This document shows positions 1 through 7,707 of a stretch of 25,082 nt of DNA, one piece after another. Origin of the DNA: Promethearchaeota archaeon. Lineage in GTDB: Archaea; Asgardarchaeota; Lokiarchaeia; Sigyniarchaeales; SOKP01. How positions within the stretch are numbered: position 1 is the stretch's first letter; the number at the start of each line of letters is the position of its first letter. Below the pieces are notes generated by a model. That model did not search any database, had not been told where the DNA came from, and saw only the letters and a program-made list of their open reading frames with translations. Made by a program: the position numbers and the translations under genes. The stretch lies in assembly GCA_019058015.1 (NCBI GenBank), contig JAHLWH010000126.1:1-25082 (forward strand). Reading direction: 5' to 3'.

Positions 1-44
1 GTTGTCAAAAAATGAGACATTAAAAATTTTTAAAAATCGCTTAT

Positions 45-141
45 TTTTTGTCATTTTGCTACTACTGACAACATGTCGGCAGTAATAATTTTTTGTCAGG
101 ATTTATTACTGATTTTTGTCATTTATTTATTACTGACAACA
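45..141. repeat. Two ~29-bp direct repeats, each containing a TGTCA-N12-TGACA inverted repeat, plus partial copies
   Basis: 45-73 tttttgtcattttgctactactgacaaca and 113-141 tttttgtcatttatttattactgacaaca. A degenerate copy lies at 94-112 (tgtca-N11-tga), and gttgtca at 1-7 is the reverse complement of tgacaac. Confidence 0.7.
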
Positions 142-354
142 ATTTTATTATTATATATTAATTCAACGCAAAAAAATCTAAAATTTAATAAGTAGAATAA
201 AATGCTTTTTGTAAGTTGATTTTATACATTTTAAAACTTTTTATAAAAAATAATAATAATTTTAATATTATCTTAGATATAATATGTTTTTAATATGATA
301 AAAAACACTAATTTAATTAATTAAATAATTAAATAAAATTTGATGACGTAAAAA

Positions 355-2124
355 ATGTACCATATAGACGGATCAGATTATTTGAAAGAAAAATGGCATT
401 CTAAAACAATTAGCGTGTGCCCAGAATGCCTTCAAAGAATTCCAGCAGAGCATATTGAAGAAGATGGCAAGATCTGGATGGTAAAAACTTGTCCAGAACA
501 TGGTGATTTTAAAGATCTCATCTCTTCTTCTGCAAGATACTATAAATGGACCCATTATAAGACCGATAAATGGGAGTTTCTTAAAAATGGAGAAGCCAAC
601 CCTTCTGATGTTCCTGCAACAGATCCCAGAGGTTGTCCTTGGAATTGTGGTTTGTGTCCAGAACATTTATCAACCTGCGCTCTAGCACTCATAGACCTCA
701 CAAATCGTTGCAATATGGCTTGTTCATTCTGTTATGCGAACATTGGGAAAGCAGGTTATCTTGTTGAGCCATCACTTGAGGAGATTGATCGGATTATGGC
801 ACATTTCCGAAGCAAACCTATACCGCCCCCGGCTATAATGTTCACTGGTGGCGAGCCGACCGTTAGAAAAGACTTTCCAGAAATTTGTGCAATGGCAAGG
901 AAGCACGGCTTTAAGGAGGTAATAGTTGCAACTAACGGATACGGTTTCCAGCGAAAAAAGGGCGGACTAGAGTTTACCAAGGAATGTTATGAAAAAGGTC
1001 TTGACACTTTATATTTACAATTTGATGGGATAAATGATGAAACTTATGAGAAAACACGTGGTATTAAGAATTTAATGGCATATAAAGAAAGGGTTGTAGA
1101 AAATTGTAGAAAGGCAGAGCTTACCTCAATTGTCCTAGTCGCTGTAATCGCTAGAGGTGTTACAGATATGGAGGTTGGGAATATTATCCAATATGCCATA
1201 GATAACATTGATGTAGTTCGGGGAATAACGTTTCAACCAGTTTCATTATGCGGGAGAATTTCATTTGAGGAAATGCAAGATTTAAGAATTACAAATGCTG
1301 ATGTAATACAAGAAATTGATAAACAAACGGGTGGAGCTGTAAGCATTGAGAATGCATGGTATCCATTATCAACAATAGTTGAATTGGGAAGGATAATGTC
1401 ATTTTTAGCTGGTGTAGAACCAGTTGAATTCACATGTCATCCAGATTGTGGTTTTTCCACATATTTAGTGGTAGATCCAGAAACAAATAAAATGGTGCCA
1501 ATAATGGAATACTTTGACCCGCTTAAAATCATAGATTTTGCTAATCAATTCTGGGAAAAAATCAAACGAAAAGAAAAGGAACCCATAAAGATATTTACGG
1601 ATTTATTAGGTAATTTTAGTGATGTAGGCAAATCCCTCGGAGAAACATTGGATAAAGGTGCAAACTGGTTAGACATGCAACAGTTACGTGCTAGATTTTT
1701 ATTGGGAATGTTACAATATACTAAAAAATCAGGAAAATTAATGGATATGTTTACCAGAGTATTACTTAATGCCAGATGGGATAGCATTAGTTCATTCTCT
1801 CATGGCGCTTTGCTTATATCAAGTATGCATTTCCAGGATGCTTATAATTTCGATGTAGAAAGAGCAAAAAGGTGTATTGTTCATTTTGGTATTGCAATGC
1901 CTGATGGCACAGTAAAGGAGTGTTCTTTCTGCACAATGAATTCATTCCATCGACCTCACATAGAGAAGTTAATAGCAAAAGAAGTAACTGATAAAATTAG
2001 AAACGAATTTGATACAACAACAGGTAAGGTTAGGGAACAAATAATTTCTAAGGAAGAAGTAGTCAGTGAAATTCAGCCTAATGGTGGAATACCAGAAAGA
2101 GAAGATAAGGAGGATGAAATTTAA
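355..2124 (+). CDS. tes: Radical SAM enzyme of the tetraether lipid synthase family (Tes / GDGT-MAS, MJ0619-like)
   Basis: N-terminal SVCPEC...KTCPEHG metal site, CPWNCGLCPEH auxiliary-cluster motif, radical SAM CNMACSFC, GGEPT, YLQFDG, FQPVS, TCHPDCG, and C-terminal MHFQDAYNFDVERAKRC...FC. The order matches the Tes/MJ0619 family. Confidence 0.88.
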   Translation: MYHIDGSDYLKEKWHSKTISVCPECLQRIPAEHIEEDGKIWMVKTCPEHGDFKDLISSSARYYKWTHYKTDKWEFLKNGEANPSDVPATDPRGCPWNCGLCPEHLSTCALALIDLTNRCNMACSFCYANIGKAGYLVEPSLEEIDRIMAHFRSKPIPPPAIMFTGGEPTVRKDFPEICAMARKHGFKEVIVATNGYGFQRKKGGLEFTKECYEKGLDTLYLQFDGINDETYEKTRGIKNLMAYKERVVENCRKAELTSIVLVAVIARGVTDMEVGNIIQYAIDNIDVVRGITFQPVSLCGRISFEEMQDLRITNADVIQEIDKQTGGAVSIENAWYPLSTIVELGRIMSFLAGVEPVEFTCHPDCGFSTYLVVDPETNKMVPIMEYFDPLKIIDFANQFWEKIKRKEKEPIKIFTDLLGNFSDVGKSLGETLDKGANWLDMQQLRARFLLGMLQYTKKSGKLMDMFTRVLLNARWDSISSFSHGALLISSMHFQDAYNFDVERAKRCIVHFGIAMPDGTVKECSFCTMNSFHRPHIEKLIAKEVTDKIRNEFDTTTGKVREQIISKEEVVSEIQPNGGIPEREDKEDEI

Positions 2125-2127
2125 ATT

Positions 2128-2400
2128 ATGTCAGAAAATTCATCTGATACCCAACTAAAATTTAGAACACTAACTGATCTTAAACCGAGTACAGCTAAAG
2201 AATATCAAGATGCTATAGTTAAAAGAGTAGATTATTTTGCCAAAACTGGGACTTCGACATTTAACAATGCTATTGAAAACGTAATAGTTACTGGAGCAAG
2301 TCTTTTTTTAAATGCTAAGGAGAAGATTGATGCAATGTTAGGAGACGAACTTGTGAATAAAGTCCACAGTGCAATTGAGAAAATTCTTTTATTGTTTTAA
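2128..2400 (+). CDS. Small predicted helical protein of unknown function, directly downstream of tes
   Basis: ATG start 3 nt after the tes stop, AGGAGG in the tes 3' end, 90 aa, followed by a T-tract. Confidence 0.75.
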   Translation: MSENSSDTQLKFRTLTDLKPSTAKEYQDAIVKRVDYFAKTGTSTFNNAIENVIVTGASLFLNAKEKIDAMLGDELVNKVHSAIEKILLLF

Positions 2401-2402
2401 AC

Positions 2403-2417
2403 TCTTTTATTTTTTTT
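2403..2417 (+). terminator. Oligo-T tract, probable archaeal terminator or attenuation site
   Basis: tcttttatttttttt immediately after the 2128..2400 stop; archaeal termination occurs at U-tracts. Confidence 0.35.
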
Positions 2418-2445
2418 ACCCAAAATTGTTATATGTGGAAAAAAT

Positions 2446-3531
2446 GTGGCGTATTATATTGCAACTTTACCTGTAACAATTATTTTTATAGTAAATGGTT
2501 TTGGGCAATTATTTTATGCCTTAAAATTAAATAAACAATTTCCAAAGGAACATAATTTTAAGAATTTTTATTTTATTTTTCTACTATGGATAACTGCAGC
2601 GTTATGTTATCCGTTCTTTTATTCAACGGATAATGTAAATATTAGATGGTTTCAGGGATTATCAAATTTTTTCATTTGTATTTTCACGCCGTCTATTATA
2701 TTTTTGATACTTCTATATCAATATGTAGCTGTTGTAAAAAAAAATCCAAATATAAAAGAAAAGAGAAATATTAAAAGGTTTATTGAAGAATTCGATAAAA
2801 AGATCGAAGATATCGATGATTTAGAATCATATGACCTCAATACAGATTTACACAGAAAAGCGCTTCATCTTTTTCCAGCAGGAATTATTGTTTTATTATG
2901 GATATTTGCTATTTATATATGGGAAGGCATATGGCATGCAGATCAGGTATGGGGGATAAGTGGGGGGGATTTTGGTGTTTTTTTAATATTGACAGTAGGA
3001 TATTCAGGTATTCTGTTATTTGCCGGTTTAGATTATGTTCGATTATCGTTTATTTTTAAGAATTCAAATATTTATCATCTATTACCGAATAATGTTCTTA
3101 ACCTTCTAAATAAGACAATGAAAAGAAATGAATTATTTGAGTTTATTAGACCGGCATCATTGGTTTTAGCGTTCATACCGAGTTTTTTTTTACCATTTAG
3201 TGTTTTTATTTCTATTGCGTTAATAGCAACTTTAGCAGATGGAGCTGCTTCTATTTTTGGAAAAAGATTTGGAAGTAGACATTTCCCTAAACGCAGTTTA
3301 AAAACAATAATTGGTTATATTAGTGGATTTACTGTCGCTTTCTTAATAGGGATTGTTTGTCTTTTAATTTTTGAAGAAAATTTAAATTTTTCAGAAATAA
3401 TTATTATATCATTAGCAGGAGCAATTGTCTTTTTTTTGATTGATATATTAAATCTAGATATTGATGATAACATATTAAATCCATTGTTTTGTGCTTTGGT
3501 TATGGGATATCTATATCTCTTATTCGCTTGA
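2446..3531 (+). CDS. Membrane CTP-dependent polyprenol/diacylglycerol kinase (dolichol/phytol kinase, SEC59/DGK1-like family)
   Basis: Multiple TM helices; DLHRKALH, ADGAASIFGKRFG, KTIIG and IDDN motifs; extra N-terminal TM region; GTG start. Confidence 0.8.
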   Translation: MAYYIATLPVTIIFIVNGFGQLFYALKLNKQFPKEHNFKNFYFIFLLWITAALCYPFFYSTDNVNIRWFQGLSNFFICIFTPSIIFLILLYQYVAVVKKNPNIKEKRNIKRFIEEFDKKIEDIDDLESYDLNTDLHRKALHLFPAGIIVLLWIFAIYIWEGIWHADQVWGISGGDFGVFLILTVGYSGILLFAGLDYVRLSFIFKNSNIYHLLPNNVLNLLNKTMKRNELFEFIRPASLVLAFIPSFFLPFSVFISIALIATLADGAASIFGKRFGSRHFPKRSLKTIIGYISGFTVAFLIGIVCLLIFEENLNFSEIIIISLAGAIVFFLIDILNLDIDDNILNPLFCALVMGYLYLLFA

Positions 3532-3626
3532 GATTTAAAATCGAATTTAAGAAAATAGAATAAAATCTTTATATTATCGAAATTTATAAACTTTTAATAA
3601 GGAAAATGTATTAAATCTAAAGATTT

Positions 3627-3697
3627 GCGCTCGTGGTATAGTGGTAGAACTCAGGCTTCCCAAGCCTGAGACCCGGGTTCGATTCCCGGCGGGCGCA
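3627..3697 (+). tRNA. tRNA-Gly (anticodon CCC), intronless, CCA not encoded
   Basis: Acceptor stem GCGCTCG/CGGGCGC, anticodon arm CAGGC-TTCCCAA-GCCTG, T arm CCGGG-TTCGATT-CCCGG, discriminator A3697, T-run downstream. Confidence 0.96.
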
Positions 3698-3752
3698 TTA
3701 AATTTTTTTCCCACTGAAATAAAATTGTACAAATTGAATTTCTAAGAATATT

Positions 3753-4858
3753 ATGAGTCTGCTAAAAAAATTAAATGGGATAATCATTAAAAATTTATTT
3801 ATTCCTTTATTTTCAGTTTCCGAAATGCGTAAAGAAAAAGATTTCATTGATGAAACTAAAAAAGAAGTTATTAGATCTGAAAGATTATTAAAACAATCAA
3901 CGGTTGTAAAACATCACAAAAATTCACCAACTTTCGGTTTTGAAGCGATAAGATATTTACTTAAAAAAGCCGATTTAAAAGATTTTTTATCATTTAAAGA
4001 TATTCAGAAATTAGAATTCAAACTTTCAGATTTTATCGAATATTTTTATCCCCTTATAAGAAATAATTTTAAGATACGCAAGGAAATAAAAAAAGTTATG
4101 AGAATTTACATGAAAATAAGAATATTCCCACTAAAAAACTAGAAAAAGGTTTAAACAATGAATTATGGAATGATTTGTTGTTGTATTCTAAAAGAAAATG
4201 TGGTATATCTGTTATTGGGTTTACGAAAGTTCCAAACAAACTTATTTTCCAAAATAGGTATATCTCATATTCTTACGCACTTGTTTTTTTAAAAGAGATG
4301 CGAAAAAAGGAAATTGATACAGCTCCAAGAATTCCTGCGGGAGCTGAATCAATGAGAATATATGCTGAATTGGGAGAAGCTGTAAATGATATTGCTCACT
4401 GGCTACGAGAAAGAGGTGTTAAATGTCAATCAAACCATCCCATGGGAGGGTTAGCTGTATTTCCTGCTTTAGCTGGAAAGGCAGGATTAGGAGGGCAGGG
4501 AAAAATGGGACTTTTAATAACGCCCGAATATTGTGTTCGGCAGCGAATTGCTCCAATTTTTATTGAAAATAAAATATTCGAATATACAGATTCTTTAAAA
4601 CACAATTGGATTGAAAATTACTGCAATTCTTGCGGTCTTTGCGCAAAAGAATGTCCTACAGAGGCAATTCTAGATAAAAAAAAAGTAAATGTTGATAATG
4701 TGGAAGGTATTTCACAATTAAAAACTTCCATTGACCGCCTTAAATGTTTTAAGTTTTTTCTTTTGTCAAATGGCTGTTCTGTGTGTATAAAAGTTTGTCC
4801 TTTTTCAAAAGAAAAAAAAGCTTATTCTAAGATTATATCAATTTACGACCAATTATGA
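3753..4858 (+). pseudogene. Frameshifted cobalamin / 2x[4Fe-4S] protein of the epoxyqueuosine reductase (QueG) / reductive dehalogenase (RdhA) superfamily, appearing as ORFs 3753..4142 and 4175..4858
   Basis: The 3' part has AGKAGLG.QG..GLLITPEY..RQR, CNSCGLCAKECP and C-x9-CSVCIKVCPF. Its frame is open back to 4073, overlapping ORF1. A -1 shift in the A7 run at 4088-4094 gives ...KEIKKSYENLHENKNIPTKKLEKGLNNELWNDLLLYSK..., about 368 aa in total. Confidence 0.7.
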
Positions 4859-4882
4859 TTATATTCTGAATCTCTTATAGGG

Positions 4883-5347
4883 TCAGTCTATATCAACGGC
4901 AGCTTTACATTTATTACAGTGTTTTGCTCCTCTAAATAATGAGTTCCCGCAATTTGGACAGTGATATCTTTTTTCTATTTCCTCAACCCATTTTTCCGTA
5001 CCAAGCTTCCTCCATGCTGGGATGTCTTGGAGTATGACTTTTTTACCAACAGGAATTGGAAATCTTTCTATCATCTCACATGGAAATTCATCACATTGAT
5101 GACATCCCTCGATCTCTTTCTCCTTTGAGCAGCTTTTAATGGGACATGTTTTACAGAATTTGAATATAATCCCATCTGAAAGACAACCCGTACATTGAAT
5201 ATCTTCCACCTTTTTTGCAAATGGGCCAGAGACTTTCAATAATGCTTGTTTGAACTTTGGATTATTGTCTCTGTAAGCAATATAAATAGCACATACACCG
5301 CAATACAAACCACAAGGCGCTAAGAGTTCCTTTTTTATTCTTGCCAT
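4883..5347 (-). CDS. Cys-rich DUF3795-family protein with C-terminal double CxxC zinc ribbon
   Basis: APCGLYCGVC, CTGC, FCKTCPIKSC, GCHQCDEFPC pattern; CPNCG...CNKC tail. Confidence 0.8.
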   Translation of the reverse strand: MARIKKELLAPCGLYCGVCAIYIAYRDNNPKFKQALLKVSGPFAKKVEDIQCTGCLSDGIIFKFCKTCPIKSCSKEKEIEGCHQCDEFPCEMIERFPIPVGKKVILQDIPAWRKLGTEKWVEEIEKRYHCPNCGNSLFRGAKHCNKCKAAVDID

Positions 5348-5482
5348 CCTAAAACATACCTCAACGTTGAAATAAAATAAATAATGATTATAATAAAGGT
5401 GAATTTTATTTAAACTATATTCTTCACCAAGAAATTCCTTTTTTAAACCTTATATCTGAAAAAATTTTCCCATTCTCCTTTT

Positions 5483-5671
5483 CTAAATCCTATTTCTGAA
5501 ATATTTAATCCATTTATCTGTTCTAAGCCCTTGCTATTTAGGAAAATCCTCGATAATATTTTTTTTTCTCATTGGGATAGGAAATCTTTTAATTTTATCA
5601 AAAGACAAGCCACCACATTGATAACAGCCCTCAATACCTCATTTATCAACGTACTCTCGAATTGAATGCTT
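5483..5671 (-). pseudogene. Degenerate partial paralog of the adjacent DUF3795 gene
   Basis: Translates KHSIREYVDK*GIEGCYQCGGLSFDKIKRFPIPMRKKNIIEDFPK*QGLRTDKWIKYFRNRI*, colinear with TCPIKSCSKEKEIEGCHQCDEFPCEMIERFPIPVGKKVILQDIPAWRKLGTEKWVEEIEKRY. Two internal stops; several Cys lost. Confidence 0.85.
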
Positions 5672-5837
5672 TTCGCTTATTTAAAACAAATTCATAACCT
5701 GTTTGAATAATTGGTAATATTTAATTTTTTGATAATTCCTTACGAATTTGAACTTAAAGTATAAGAAAAATTAAAGTAAAGATTTATTAATAGAGATTGT
5801 AAAAATTAATACAAAATCTAACGATAAAAAAATAGAA

Positions 5838-7550
5838 GTGAATTTTAGTATGAATCGCGATACTGAATTTAAAAATAGAATAATCTTAGTTTGTCTCTTT
5901 CTCTCATTATTTATTATTGCGACAATTTTCATGTTCATTACGCCAACTTCGATAAAGATTACACGTGGAGGTGCAGTTACAACTTCAGATGGTGAGACTA
6001 TTTCGTTTAATGTATTTGAACCAGTAGGTAGAGAAGCCGAAAAAAAACCAGCTGTAATAATTGCTCATGGAATTATGGCAAGTAAAGAAATAATGAATGG
6101 ATACGCAGTGGAATTAGCTGCTGCGGGTTTCATAGCTGTGCCATTTGATTTCCGTGGTCACTCTCAAAGTTCAGGAATTCTTGATACGAGTAAAATAATT
6201 GAAGATGTTATAGCAATAAAAGACTACTTAAGTAAACGGAGCGATGTGGACATACATAATCTCGGTTACATTGCATATAGTATGGGAGGCTTTCCTGGGA
6301 ACATAATCATTAAAATAGACCCAGATTTCAAATGTTTTATCGGAGTTGGAACGTCATTAGCTACTAACGCTTCGGATATAAGATTGGGAAATAGTACTGA
6401 CTCACTTAATGTGTTAATTATTCAGGCAAAATTTGATGAGGCTATTCAATTATCGAGCACCAAAGTAGGAATAGGTTTAAGAATAGGATTGGATGCTAAT
6501 GATGTTGATGCTAATAAGTTGTATGGGAGTTTTAATGATGGAAATGCTACAAAGATTTTTTACGATGATAATACTGATCATTTGTTATTAGCTTGGGATC
6601 AAGATTTCATAAGAGAATCACGTAATTGGGTAATTAATACGTTCTCTTGGGTAAAGCCCGTTGATGAAAACTTTTATGTCAATGCTAGAGGCCTCATCTT
6701 GATTCTTCAGTGTATTGGAGGAATTGGATTTTTCTTTCTAATCTTAGAGCCACTCTCTAATTTAATTGTGAAAGCAAAGGAAGAAGATAGATATAAAATA
6801 GAATTACATGATGAGACAATAAAAAGTCTTTCAATAAAAACAGTTGGTTATTCATTGGGTCTCGGTGTAATAGGAATGATTATATTAATGCCATTTTACC
6901 TCTTCCTTCCCTTATCTGTAGCAGGGATGATGGCAATGTTTAATTTCGGCTCTGAGTTTGCACTATTTATTATGCTATGGAGAACAGGTAAAAAAGCAGA
7001 TATATCGGTAAAAGAAATGATAAAAGGGGTATTTAAACGACCTCAAGGGAAATTAATGAGAGAAATCGTATTAGGGGTAATATTAGCAGCAGGGTTGTAC
7101 ATAATAATATATCTTTCGATTGGTTTAAATTATTTTTCCATGGCACCATATTTCATTAAAATTCTATGGATTCCACCGTATTACGCCGTTTTTTTCATTA
7201 TTTTTCTAATATCAGGTGTGTTATTTCAATCTATAATTCAAGTAAAATTTGAAACCGACCTCAAAAACACATATAAAGTATCGTTATTAATATTCGGTTT
7301 TAGATTTGTTTATTTTATAGTCTATATTTTGCTATTGAGCCTTCTAATGCGTTCTACTTTTTTCATGCTCTTTATATTCATAGCCATTCCAATACTTATT
7401 CTGACAAGCTTTGTTTCCACTTTTCTTTATCAAAAAACAGGGAATATAGTTGCAGCTCTAATAGTAAATACAACCTTATTTGTAGTTATCATTGGCACAG
7501 CGTCACCTTTTTTTCTTGGATTAAATATGCTTGCAATATTCAGCCATTAA
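5838..7550 (+). CDS. Alpha/beta-hydrolase with N-terminal membrane anchor and C-terminal multi-TM domain (start may be ATG 5850)
   Basis: PAVIIAHG, FDFRGHSQS, nucleophile elbow AYSMGG, probable catalytic Asp (KFDE) and His (TDHL), then about 8 TM helices. Confidence 0.82.
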   Translation: MNFSMNRDTEFKNRIILVCLFLSLFIIATIFMFITPTSIKITRGGAVTTSDGETISFNVFEPVGREAEKKPAVIIAHGIMASKEIMNGYAVELAAAGFIAVPFDFRGHSQSSGILDTSKIIEDVIAIKDYLSKRSDVDIHNLGYIAYSMGGFPGNIIIKIDPDFKCFIGVGTSLATNASDIRLGNSTDSLNVLIIQAKFDEAIQLSSTKVGIGLRIGLDANDVDANKLYGSFNDGNATKIFYDDNTDHLLLAWDQDFIRESRNWVINTFSWVKPVDENFYVNARGLILILQCIGGIGFFFLILEPLSNLIVKAKEEDRYKIELHDETIKSLSIKTVGYSLGLGVIGMIILMPFYLFLPLSVAGMMAMFNFGSEFALFIMLWRTGKKADISVKEMIKGVFKRPQGKLMREIVLGVILAAGLYIIIYLSIGLNYFSMAPYFIKILWIPPYYAVFFIIFLISGVLFQSIIQVKFETDLKNTYKVSLLIFGFRFVYFIVYILLLSLLMRSTFFMLFIFIAIPILILTSFVSTFLYQKTGNIVAALIVNTTLFVVIIGTASPFFLGLNMLAIFSH

Positions 7551-7707
7551 ATTAAAAAATAATTCCAAATTCTTTTTTTTTATTTTTGAAAGAAGTATAT
7601 AGCTAAATAATTATTTTTTCTTCTTTTTTAAAAAAAAATCGCCATGATAAATTGTTTCAACTTCTCCATATTACTCTATTAGCGAAAACTATTTTAAGAT
7701 TTAAGCA

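Noticed and set aside
1-141. CRISPR array or canonical ORB origin
   Set aside because: Only two imperfect repeats, with a spacer that itself contains repeat fragments; no cas genes; no TCCAxTGGAAA/G-string ORB consensus.
373-1787. Short overlapping ORFs within tes
   Set aside because: Antisense or alternate-frame shadows of a well-supported gene, with no motifs.
5639-5641. In-frame TGA in the Cys-rich DUF3795 remnant as selenocysteine
   Set aside because: It aligns to Lys, not Cys; there is also a TAG at a Trp position, lost Cys residues and no start codon, so ordinary decay.
3627-5700. Integrated element at tRNA-Gly (or tRNA-Gln)
   Set aside because: No integrase, and I found no duplicated tRNA 3' end (att site) in the window.
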